Assembly: GCA_964585935.1 (NCBI GenBank)
Contig: CAZPFO010000001.1
Location: 20,163 to 84,162, forward strand
DNA length: 64,000 nt
Direction of reading: 5' to 3'
Source: an uncultured Methanosarcinales archaeon
Lineage (GTDB): Archaea; Nanobdellota; Nanobdellia; Woesearchaeales; GW2011-AR4
In this document: piece by piece, positions 17,043 through 25,424 of the stretch
Position numbering within the stretch: the stretch's first letter is position 1
How the letters are laid out: each line of letters begins with the position of its first letter
The notes under the pieces: model-generated
Database searches by the model: none
What the model was told of the DNA's origin: nothing
The model's input: the letters and a program-made list of their open reading frames with translations, nothing else
Program-made: the position numbers and the translations under genes

Positions 17043-20000
17043 TCAATAACCCTTCAAACTAATCTGGCCTTTTCTTTTGTTCTCTGGAACCTCTTTTACT
17101 TCTTCACCTACTTGTTTCTTGACAGCCAGGGCAGTCTTCTTTCCGAGAATCTGCTCCAGAACTTCTAATTTTACTTTTTTAACGTCTGCTATATCTTTTA
17201 TTTTGTTTCTGTAAAGCGCTCTTGCCCTTACCCTTCCAACCTGCCCCAGCTTTAATAAAGGCAGCAGCTCTTCCTTGACGCCATACTTCAGCCTGAGCCT
17301 TAATTTGACAATCTCCTTAATCAGGGGCTTGAAGTGCAGTAGTTTACTTAACTCTTCACTGCTGTACAATAGCCAGTCTGTAATGTCTAATTTAGCCCTT
17401 AATTCACCAGGCCTTACTGCATATCCTTCCAATAAAAACTCCTCATCTTTTTCATTAGCCCAGTCCTGGAGCATCATTGCTGTTTTGACAGAATTCAAAA
17501 AGTCTTCGTACTCCTGCTCGTACATCGAAGGCTCTTTTTCCAGCAAAAAACTATTCTCTATGACCAGTTTTTCCTGCACCTTCTCGTATTCCTTGACTTT
17601 TACCCTCAATAAAGGCCTCATCTCCAGAGTATGGGATGTCATCTGTAAAAATGAGAAAGAGCTCATCCTTCTGTCAGAGGCTTCCCTTAAGCAGCATATA
17701 AAGAAATATGCAGTCAAAGGGTCAATATAAAGCTCTGCAACCCTCTTGCCTATTATTGTAGCCTTTACCTTAAAATCATCCATCTCATCCGCGCTTTTAA
17801 AATCTTCTCCTTCTTTTGCAATGAATTCCCACTCTGAAAGAAGGTCAAGCATCTTCATAATGATGTTTTCAAGCTTATCCATATCTGCAAACTGGAATGC
17901 CCAGAAAGTCCTGCTGAAAAATTTTATAATCTCTTTTTTGCTTCTTGTGAAATTCGCCGCAATCAGGCTTAAGATATAAGTCCTTAAAACAGGCTCTACA
18001 GCCAGCTTAGAATAGATCTCTTCTGGATTGCCAAGTACATAGTTCTCGTAAATCCTGTTTTTTTCAGGTTCAGTGGAGGCTATTGCAATTGCCTCGCCTA
18101 CATTATCAAATTTTGGGCGGCCAGCGCGGCCAGCCATCTGCAGGTATTCTAAAACAGGGATGTATGTTAAGCCTCTAGGGCCATATCTTCTTAAGTCTTT
18201 TATGATAGATCTAAAAGCTGGAAGGTCAAGGCCATACGAATTATGCACTATAAATCCATTAGCAACAAACATATGATCATTTTTAGGATTTTGAGGCAAT
18301 TCAACATCATAAACCTCTTCTTCACAATCAACCCTTTTTATTTCCCGTATAACATCCCAAAATATATCTCCTTCAAAATCTGAATCTCTCCATCCTTTCT
18401 TGATTACCCAGCCTAATTGGTTGCTACATAGTGGGCATTTGCGTAATTGAAAAAATTCATCAATTTTCTTCCCTTTTTTGATTATATTTTTAAAAATCCA
18501 TTCTCCGAGTGTATTGAGGCTCCAGAACCACTCTGTATTGCTTCTACTTCCAACTCTTCTTTTTTTTATTAATTCATAATGGTGGTTTAAGCTGCTATCA
18601 TTCTTTTTTGGTTCGCAACTCAAAATCTTTTTTAATTTCCTAGATCCTAATTCCTTATTCTCCCCGAGTAGTTTAATAACTTTTAATTTGATTTGCCCCC
18701 ATTTTTTTTGATCTTTCGTTCTTCCAGAAAAAATATCTTTGTAGATTTTATAGCTGCAATTGTTACATAAAACATAATTTAGGTTAGAACATAATTTAGC
18801 AATTAAATCAATAAGGCAATTCTGTTTTCTTTGAATATTAAAACCAATAAATCTGTAGAAATCGATTATGCTTCTTTTTTGATGTACAGTCAACTCAAAC
18901 TGGGGCAAGGTAAGGTATTCTCTTTCATAAATTTTCATAATGCCTTCTTTTCTTTTTCTTATCCTAGAGACTATCCCAAACCTAAGAAGGTTTTTTTGTA
19001 TTTGTTTGACTAATTTTTCTGAAGTGTTGCTAAAACCAACTCCTAATCTCTTGTCTACGTAACCATCTGTATCAAATAAACCTTTCAATAACCATGAAAT
19101 ATTTTCGAAATCCATTCTCATTAAATTTTCAGAAATATGTTTTTTATCTCTTTTTTCTACCCCGCATCTTACTAAAAATTCTCTAAACCACTTATTTTTG
19201 CCAAAAACCAGGCTGGGTGTGCCATGGTAAGTTTTTGTTTTCCTGCAATTTAATTTCAACCTGTTACATATCTCCTCAACATTTAAAAAAACCTCATTGT
19301 CCATTCCGACTATAGTTGGGCTTCCTTTATACTTAATTTTTCCACAATTTGTTTCTGCTCCAGAGTATCCATCTCCCAACATAAGCCCTATGAAATAAGA
19401 TAGTTTATGGTCAAATTTATAATTCGGAATGGGGATGTTATTATCAAAAATAAAATCCATAATAGAAGGAATTTTTATATGTTTAAGATTCAACCTCCCA
19501 ATTGTTGCTATTTTATCTTTTTGGCTGATATTTTCTGCTGGAACCACCATCTTTCTGTCTTTTCTTTTAATGAGTATTTTATGATTTGGCGTAACTTTTA
19601 TTGAATAACCTGAAACTGAAGAAATTTGAATAAGTTTTGAAGAGTTCATAATCCGATTAACTTTTTTAGCTTTCATAGAAATTAACTTATTTTTGGAAAG
19701 CGCAAAAAGTGGATTAGAACTCTTAAACTTTGAAACTTCAGTTTCGGACATATCATGCCAAATCATAGCATCTTTTGATAAACATAAAGTAGGAGTACAG
19801 CATATCACCTTTATCTTTCCTTCCCTGAAATTGTCTTCAATCAACGCTCTCTGTTTCTGGGTGAGGCCTGCATGATGAAAAGAAATCCCTTTCTTGATGC
19901 AATAAGCCAGCCTTGTACACTGTTTTGTCGGCTTCGATAATGCTTTTAAAGCCTCTTCGCTTAAGTTGTTTAAAGCCAAGCTTTCTGTTTTGATCTTTTT

Positions 20001-20141
20001 TGAGATGTCTTCTGCAGTTTTTTCTGCACTTCTCTTAGTGTTGACAAATACTAAAGCCTGCTTGTTGAGCTTAATGGTGTCGAGAACTATATTGAGGACA
20101 TCATTGTCAGTTTCGTGAGGGATTTTTTTAATAGTGGGCAT
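17043..20141 (-). CDS. hel308: Hel308/Ski2-type helicase, C-terminal part only (RecA2-WH-ratchet-HhH), interrupted by an intein
   Basis: Motifs present are IV ALVFVNTKRSAE, IVa FHHAGL, V CTPTL[intein]SYGLDLPA and VI QMAGRAGRP. The C-terminal HhH is LGQVGRVRARALY. There are no Walker A or DEAH motifs and no upstream coding space. The likely start is MPTIKK at 20141, although the ORF track extends to 20210. Confidence 0.8.
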   Translation of the reverse strand: MPTIKKIPHETDNDVLNIVLDTIKLNKQALVFVNTKRSAEKTAEDISKKIKTESLALNNLSEEALKALSKPTKQCTRLAYCIKKGISFHHAGLTQKQRALIEDNFREGKIKVICCTPTLCLSKDAMIWHDMSETEVSKFKSSNPLFALSKNKLISMKAKKVNRIMNSSKLIQISSVSGYSIKVTPNHKILIKRKDRKMVVPAENISQKDKIATIGRLNLKHIKIPSIMDFIFDNNIPIPNYKFDHKLSYFIGLMLGDGYSGAETNCGKIKYKGSPTIVGMDNEVFLNVEEICNRLKLNCRKTKTYHGTPSLVFGKNKWFREFLVRCGVEKRDKKHISENLMRMDFENISWLLKGLFDTDGYVDKRLGVGFSNTSEKLVKQIQKNLLRFGIVSRIRKRKEGIMKIYEREYLTLPQFELTVHQKRSIIDFYRFIGFNIQRKQNCLIDLIAKLCSNLNYVLCNNCSYKIYKDIFSGRTKDQKKWGQIKLKVIKLLGENKELGSRKLKKILSCEPKKNDSSLNHHYELIKKRRVGSRSNTEWFWSLNTLGEWIFKNIIKKGKKIDEFFQLRKCPLCSNQLGWVIKKGWRDSDFEGDIFWDVIREIKRVDCEEEVYDVELPQNPKNDHMFVANGFIVHNSYGLDLPAFRSIIKDLRRYGPRGLTYIPVLEYLQMAGRAGRPKFDNVGEAIAIASTEPEKNRIYENYVLGNPEEIYSKLAVEPVLRTYILSLIAANFTRSKKEIIKFFSRTFWAFQFADMDKLENIIMKMLDLLSEWEFIAKEGEDFKSADEMDDFKVKATIIGKRVAELYIDPLTAYFFICCLREASDRRMSSFSFLQMTSHTLEMRPLLRVKVKEYEKVQEKLVIENSFLLEKEPSMYEQEYEDFLNSVKTAMMLQDWANEKDEEFLLEGYAVRPGELRAKLDITDWLLYSSEELSKLLHFKPLIKEIVKLRLRLKYGVKEELLPLLKLGQVGRVRARALYRNKIKDIADVKKVKLEVLEQILGKKTALAVKKQVGEEVKEVPENKRKGQISLKGY
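18240..19784 (-). mobile_element. 515-aa intein with a LAGLIDADG homing endonuclease, inserted in helicase motif V
   Basis: The N-terminal splice junction is TPTL|CLSKD and the C-terminal junction is FIVHN|SYG. The LAGLIDADG blocks are YFIGLMLGDGY and LLKGLFDTDGYV. There are extra Cys pairs (CNNCSYK, CPLCSNQ). Confidence 0.85.
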
Positions 20142-20245
20142 TTTAAAAGGGAGATTTCCGGGGTTTATTAAATTTTTTAAAGATATGATGAAATAATAAC
20201 AAAAATCCAATAAATATATAAATAACTTTAATAAAAAATATATCC

Positions 20246-20581
20246 ATGTCCCCTGGAGTCCATCATATCCATAAGAGGCACAGAAAACACAAGAAACTGG
20301 AAAAATTCCCTCATCCTAACAGGTGGATTGCTTTTCTTGATGGGTTTTTGTTGGCTATAGCCGTTATTGGACCCTTATCAAATATCCCGCAAATAGCAAA
20401 AATATTTTACTTAAAGAACTCGTTAGGCGTTTCTATAGTTACTTTCTCTCTTCTTGCGCTATTTAACATACCATGGATAGTTTATGGCATTGTTCATAAA
20501 GAAAAGCCAATTGTAATTGCCTATATATTATGGCTTATCACTAATTCTATTGTAGTAATTGGTATTCTGATTTATCCATAA
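20246..20581 (+). CDS. 3-TM PQ-loop / SemiSWEET-like membrane protein
   Basis: 111 aa with three hydrophobic helices. A PQ motif (NIPQIAKIF) sits in the first helix. Confidence 0.5.
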   Translation: MSPGVHHIHKRHRKHKKLEKFPHPNRWIAFLDGFLLAIAVIGPLSNIPQIAKIFYLKNSLGVSIVTFSLLALFNIPWIVYGIVHKEKPIVIAYILWLITNSIVVIGILIYP

Positions 20582-20620
20582 GAAAGATTCTCAATTAAAA
20601 AATTTGAATTCAAAAATAAA

Positions 20621-22528
20621 TCAGACAACCTTAACATCCCACTCATAGCCTATACTCTTCTCGCCATCAGAAACAGTGACCTTGACCTTTTTATCCCCTC
20701 TTGAAGTGAATGTGCGTTCCATTACAGCTGTTGCCTCGTATTTCTCAAGCCTGCTAAAAACCCATTCATAAGTTAACTCATCGCCATCCTTATCCAAGGC
20801 ATTAATCCAGAAAACAATTGGCTTATTAACATCAGCAATTGTATCTTTGCTTACTTCAATTGTTTCAGGAGGCCTGTTTTTGTCAAGAACAGTTATAGTT
20901 GAGGTTTCACTAACATTGTTCTTCCCATCATCTGCCATAAAGTTGAGAAGTATATCCATTTTACTTTCGTATTTGGAGACGAAATCAAAATCAGGCTTCC
21001 ATGTAAAGATATTTTCCTCTAAAAAAGCCCCTTCAGGAGGATCAATAACGGAAAAGGTTATTTCGTCATTATCCGGGTCAGATGCCTTTAAATATATCAT
21101 TAAAGTTTCATCCTCATTAACTTCAAAATTGCCTATTTTGCTAAAGATGGGCTTTCTGTTTGACTTTTTAACAATTATCTTGACAAATTTATGAGAAGAA
21201 TGGTAGCTGTCTGTGGCAGTAACCTTAACATAATGCTCGCCGGCATCGTCATAGGTTGTTTTATGGGTGTCTTTGTTCATCCACCCTGAATAGGAGAAGC
21301 TTAGAAGATCGTTATCAGGATCATCATATTTTGGCTGTATCTTTACTATCTCACCTTCATTAACTACTATATCCTCAAAATCTTCCATGGTAAAGGGCCT
21401 GTTGCTATCCTGTACCACAACCTTGATATCCTTTTTGATTTCTCCGCCTTTAGTTACAGCAATAAATGTTACTGGGAAGCTTTTTACAAGCAAACGAAAC
21501 TTATCAAGAGCATAATCGAAAACGCTTTCTTTTTGCACTGCGTTATAATCAGGTTTCCATTCAAAAACATTGTCTTTGAAAGAAAACCCTTCCGGCAGGC
21601 CAGTAGCGGAAAATGATATTTTATCATTATCGGGGTCATTAGCCTTTAGTTCTATTCTTAAATTTTCATTTTCCCTCACAAAATAAAGGCTCTTGATGTC
21701 AAATTTAGAGGGCCTGTCTTCATTTTCAATAATCACGTCAATTTCTTCTGTGCCTGAAAAACCCCTGCCTTCAACAGTTAAGGTAACTGTGTACTTGCCC
21801 GCGCTATCATAATCTGTCAGCCAATAATTGTCATTCCCTATTGGTTCTGAGATATCATAGCTTAAGCCGTATTTCTTTAAATCTGGCAGGTTCAATTTTA
21901 CAACTCCTGTCTCTTTGGTTGTGACATCCTCTATTGCAGCAAGAATATCTTTTATATCTACATTATTAACCTTAAGCTGCCATTTATTGCTTACATTGTT
22001 TATGCCGTCAGAAATTACAACTTCAACGTCATACTTCCCGCTTTGGTCATAGTCAGATGAAAATTCAAATTTATTGCCTTCAGAAACCTTCTTGCCATTT
22101 AAAAACCATGAATATGTCAGGGGGTCTTTGTTTAAGTCGCTTGCCTGGATATCAAATTTTAATGTTTTTCCCTCGTCAATCTCAATAGCCTTATCTGGCG
22201 GGTTAAAGGTTTCTATTGATGGCTTTTCTTCTTTTTTAATCACCAGGATTATAATCTCTTCTGAAGTGGATAATTCACCGTCGCTTACAGTTATAATAAC
22301 TGTATATTTTCCTGCGTCACCATAAGCTGTCTGCCACTCACCATCTTCATCTAATGGGTCTGTGTAGGCATAAGTCAATTTCTGGTCATCAGGATCATTA
22401 GCCTCTGCCTGCAAGCTTACCAGATCTGTCTCTTCATATTCGAAAATGGTTATAGAATTAACAAAATAGGCTGATAAAAGCAAAACTAAAACAAATGTGA
22501 ATATTACTCTCTTCAATTCAACCCCCAC
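20621..22528 (-). CDS. secreted surface protein made of PKD / cadherin-like Ig repeats
   Basis: 635 aa with a GTG start and a signal-like N-terminus. The ~90-aa repeats contain DPD(D/N)D..L(T/S)(Y/F)S...W.P.Y..AG.Y.V.V.VSDG. Confidence 0.7.
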   Translation of the reverse strand: MGVELKRVIFTFVLVLLLSAYFVNSITIFEYEETDLVSLQAEANDPDDQKLTYAYTDPLDEDGEWQTAYGDAGKYTVIITVSDGELSTSEEIIILVIKKEEKPSIETFNPPDKAIEIDEGKTLKFDIQASDLNKDPLTYSWFLNGKKVSEGNKFEFSSDYDQSGKYDVEVVISDGINNVSNKWQLKVNNVDIKDILAAIEDVTTKETGVVKLNLPDLKKYGLSYDISEPIGNDNYWLTDYDSAGKYTVTLTVEGRGFSGTEEIDVIIENEDRPSKFDIKSLYFVRENENLRIELKANDPDNDKISFSATGLPEGFSFKDNVFEWKPDYNAVQKESVFDYALDKFRLLVKSFPVTFIAVTKGGEIKKDIKVVVQDSNRPFTMEDFEDIVVNEGEIVKIQPKYDDPDNDLLSFSYSGWMNKDTHKTTYDDAGEHYVKVTATDSYHSSHKFVKIIVKKSNRKPIFSKIGNFEVNEDETLMIYLKASDPDNDEITFSVIDPPEGAFLEENIFTWKPDFDFVSKYESKMDILLNFMADDGKNNVSETSTITVLDKNRPPETIEVSKDTIADVNKPIVFWINALDKDGDELTYEWVFSRLEKYEATAVMERTFTSRGDKKVKVTVSDGEKSIGYEWDVKVV

Positions 22529-22590
22529 GAAAAATGCTAACGCATTTTCCTAGTAATAAATTATATCCTATAATTTATATACCATTAAAA
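22528..22590. repeat. dispersed 63-bp intergenic repeat R3, copy a (two hairpins)
   Basis: cgaaaaatgctaacgcattttcctagtaataaattatatcctataatttatataccat... matches 62696-62758 with 2 mismatches. It contains the hairpins aaaatgc-taac-gcatttt and ataaattata-tcc-tataatttat. Confidence 0.75.
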
Positions 22591-22604
22591 AAATAAATAA
22601 AAAA

Positions 22605-23816
22605 TTAACTTTTTTGTACTATTCCCGTTATAATAGGCGCTCTGTTTACATTCTCTACCAGTATCTTTACATCCTGGCTTACAGTATCTGTACCGTCAGA
22701 GGCGGTTACAGTAACAGTATATTCTCCTGCATCGTCATAAGTAGTTTCCCAAACCCCTTCATCACCAACAGGATCTGAAATTGTAAAGCTTATTTCATCT
22801 CCGTCAGGATCAACTACATCAGGAGCTATTATCACTACCTCATTTTCCTTTACCTCTATAAGCGATATTTCCTCCATAACAGGCTTTCTGTTGGTGTTCT
22901 CTACAGTAACTGACCATAACTGGCTTGTTAAATCATTATCATCTGAAACATCCACTTTTATAGTATGGGATCCGGAATCATCATAGGTTGTCTCGTAAGT
23001 ATAGGCTTTACCAGTGCTAACTTCAGCGCCGTCCAGTTTCCAAGAATAATCCAACTCATCTCTGTTTAAGTCGCTTGCTTCAATCTCAAAATCAATATCT
23101 TCTGTTTCTTTTATAATAACTATAAGCTGTTGCGGCTCAAAGCTGTCAATTGTTGGTTTTTCTTCTTTTTTATTGACAATTATCAAAACATTCTGGCTTG
23201 TTGTTAATTGGCTGTCAGAGGCGGTTACAGTAACAGTATATTCTCCTGCGTCACCATAAGCTGTCTGCCACTCACCATCTTCATCTAATGGGCTGCTGAA
23301 TGTAAATATTATCTGATCCTCATCCGGGTCTTGAGCCTCAGTAACCAGGCTTACCAGCTCTGTTTCTTGAACAATTATAGCAATAGCCTCTTCAACCTGA
23401 GCTTCTTCGATTATTTCTTCAATAATAGCGATATCTTCCTCGCTTATGGTAGTATCTTCATCTAATTCTTCTTCAAGAGCTTCCTCGTCTGTTAATTCTT
23501 CACCCTCATCAATTACTTCACCTTTTTCGTCTAATTCTTCTGATAAAATATCGAAAATATCCTCTGCTATGCTCATAACTTCTTCTGATTCCTCTTCAAT
23601 AGGGATTTCTTCAGCAACTTCTTCATCTGTGGATTCTTCATCTACTTCTGCTGGCAAAACCTCCCCTAATGTTTTTTCAATCTCGCTGCTTATGTCTTCC
23701 AAATCATCCAGGGGCAATGACTCATCCCCATATAATTGCTCGTACGTATCACAGCCTGCTAAAAAGAAAACAGATAGTAAACTTAAAAACACCAATATAA
23801 AATTAGATTTGTTCAT
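22605..23816 (-). CDS. lipoprotein with an acidic low-complexity region and PKD/cadherin-like repeats (paralog of 20621-22528)
   Basis: 403 aa. The lipobox-like signal is VFFLAGCDT, followed by an ~130-aa E/D-rich region. Repeats such as DEDGEWQTAYGDAGEYTVTVTASD share 49 identical nt with the neighbouring gene. Confidence 0.7.
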   Translation of the reverse strand: MNKSNFILVFLSLLSVFFLAGCDTYEQLYGDESLPLDDLEDISSEIEKTLGEVLPAEVDEESTDEEVAEEIPIEEESEEVMSIAEDIFDILSEELDEKGEVIDEGEELTDEEALEEELDEDTTISEEDIAIIEEIIEEAQVEEAIAIIVQETELVSLVTEAQDPDEDQIIFTFSSPLDEDGEWQTAYGDAGEYTVTVTASDSQLTTSQNVLIIVNKKEEKPTIDSFEPQQLIVIIKETEDIDFEIEASDLNRDELDYSWKLDGAEVSTGKAYTYETTYDDSGSHTIKVDVSDDNDLTSQLWSVTVENTNRKPVMEEISLIEVKENEVVIIAPDVVDPDGDEISFTISDPVGDEGVWETTYDDAGEYTVTVTASDGTDTVSQDVKILVENVNRAPIITGIVQKS

Positions 23817-23961
23817 TATGATACCCCTCCATTTTTTTGAGCATAATTTTAAAGTGTTGTTATTCTAAAATACTAACTGGTATTTAAACTTTTCGAATAG
23901 TAAAAATAAGTAAAAGTTAAATCAAGGAGAGCACTGAATCTCAAGACAGGATAGTGAAAGA

Positions 23962-24075
23962 TGGCTCCGCTGAGATTTGAACTCAGGACTTCGAGAGGCT
24001 TTAAAAAAACCTTCACTCGATCTCCGACTGAATTGTTATCAGTCGAGCGCTCTAACCAGGCTGAGCCACGGAGCC
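23962..24075 (-). tRNA. tRNA-Ile(GAU) with a canonical 37/38 intron and a probable second intron in the variable region
   Basis: The minus strand reads GGCTCCG-TG-GCTCAGCCTGGTTAGAGC-G-CTCGA-CTGATA[ACAATTCAGTCGGAG]A-TCGAG-...-CTGAG-TTCAAAT-CTCAG-CGGAGCC-A. It is 114 nt against ~76 expected, so a 15-nt intron plus ~23 extra nt (hairpin GGTTTT...AAAGCC) lie before the T stem. Confidence 0.8.
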
Positions 24076-24119
24076 AGTGATATTAAATTGGCAACGCCAA
24101 TTTATGGCGTTTACCAAAA

Positions 24120-24235
24120 CGCCCCTGACCAGACTCGAACTGGTGACCTTATGGTATCAGCGCAATGCTAACAGCCATACGCTCTGTATAGTTCTCTGAC
24201 ATTGCGTCAGAAAATACCTACTAAGCTACAGGGGC
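24120..24235 (-). tRNA. tRNA-Asn(GUU) with introns in the D-loop and at 37/38
   Basis: The minus strand reads GCCCCTG-TA-GCTT-AGTAGGTA[~28 nt with hairpin TCTGAC-GCAAT-GTCAGA]A-GAGC-G-TATGG-CTGTTA[GCATTGCGCTGAT]A-CCATA-AGGTC-ACCAG-TTCGAGT-CTGGT-CAGGGGC-G. Total length is 116 nt. Confidence 0.8.
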
Positions 24236-24393
24236 AAAACACTATTGATAGAACCTTTGATTTATTTATAAAACTTTCTGAGTTTTTCTGCTTGAGAAGA
24301 GAAATGTGTTTGGATAATAAAAAAGATATACAAGAAGTTTTATAAAGACTGCTTTTTTCCCGAATTCTAGATGAAGAACAAGATGTGAATACT

Positions 24394-24534
24394 ATACTCA
24401 CGGATAAGATTAATTGAACAATAGTTGTCTGTTCGTAATATCCCAAAGGGGTACAAAAAAACGCAAAAGTGTTTTTTACGTAAGTAAAGGGCATATACAT
24501 TGCTCAAATATTTGTGCCTTTTGCTATACCAAGA
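24394..24534. repeat. intergenic repeat pair R1a (24394-24438) and R2a (24491-24534)
   Basis: R1 is atactcacggaTaagattaattgaacaatagttgtcTgttcgtaa and R2 is gcatatacattgctcaaatatttgt...ttgctata. Both recur at 62624-62829. R1 contains ATTAATTGAACA, which is also found in cassette junction B. Confidence 0.7.
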
Positions 24535-24588
24535 AATCGATCTTGCAATGTGTTCTGGGTTTTAATAAAAAAAGAGTTGGGATAAAGA

Positions 24589-25413
24589 ATGGAATGTAAA
24601 AAATTGAAATCGGGCAAAATTTTATTGGTTTTAATAGCTTGCATCATTTTTTTTGCCAGTAATTTAGGAGTTGTCTTGGCTGATGATGTTACAAGATCCT
24701 TTTCATCTGCGACTGTAAACACAGGCGATCAATTAACAGTAGTGTTAAATGTGGAGATAACAGGGAATGGAAGCTATTACATAATTGATGAATTAACACC
24801 TTCTGGTTTTTCCATTGTAGATTCAGGAACTGGCAACTCTAATGAGGCAGGCCATCTAAAATGGGCAGTAATTGGAAATGTGAACTCTGCTTCTTATTAT
24901 TATTCAGTTAGCTCTAATACAGCCGGAGGCTATAATTTTAATGGAAACTATTTCATCGAGGGTATGGAAAATGAGCAAAATATTAGTGGAGATTATCATG
25001 TTACTGTTGAAGGGGATTCTGCGCCGTCTGAGGACAATGGAGGAAGTAGTGTAGGAAGCGGTGGTGGAGGAGGCGGAGGAGGTGGAGGAGGCGGTGGTAG
25101 AGGCATAGCTAGAACTGATGATAGTCAGGAAGAGGGAGATACTCCAATCGAGGATATAATAGAATGGGGTAAGGATGTTGGCGAGGGATTAGCGGAATTG
25201 GGCAAGGATGTTGGCGAGGGGTTGGCAGGAGGCCTATCAAAAATAACAGGAGAGGTTATTGGGGACATAGGAGGACCCAAATGGTCTTTTTACACTGCTG
25301 TTTTTGTTATCCTGATTGCTGCTGGTTTAATTGTATTCAACCATAGGAGAAATAAAGATGATGATAATCTAAAAAGCGACAAAGGCAAATTAAAAAAAAG
25401 AAAAAAATTATAA
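24589..25413 (+). CDS. secreted, C-terminally anchored surface protein with a poly-Gly linker
   Basis: 274 aa with a signal/TM (ILLVLIACIIFFASNLGVVLA). It has a 14-residue Gly run, the duplicated motif GKDVGEGLA, and a C-terminal TM followed by a basic tail. Confidence 0.7.
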   Translation: MECKKLKSGKILLVLIACIIFFASNLGVVLADDVTRSFSSATVNTGDQLTVVLNVEITGNGSYYIIDELTPSGFSIVDSGTGNSNEAGHLKWAVIGNVNSASYYYSVSSNTAGGYNFNGNYFIEGMENEQNISGDYHVTVEGDSAPSEDNGGSSVGSGGGGGGGGGGGGGRGIARTDDSQEEGDTPIEDIIEWGKDVGEGLAELGKDVGEGLAGGLSKITGEVIGDIGGPKWSFYTAVFVILIAAGLIVFNHRRNKDDDNLKSDKGKLKKRKKL

Positions 25414-25424
25414 AAATATTTCTG

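Noticed and set aside
24207-24722. ORFs 24207-24500(-), 24414-24599(+) and 24504-24722(-) in the tRNA-Asn / surface-protein intergenic region.
   Set aside because: They overlap the dispersed repeats R1 and R2 and the 5' end of a well-supported gene. Their translations are low-complexity with no motifs.
25059-25100. GGT/GGA/GGC-rich tract here (and at 3836-3860), considered as a simple-sequence repeat or slippage site.
   Set aside because: The codons are mixed (ggtggtggaggaggcggaggaggtggaggaggcggtggt), in frame, and encode poly-Gly hinges in two surface proteins. This is a protein linker rather than a DNA-level contingency tract.
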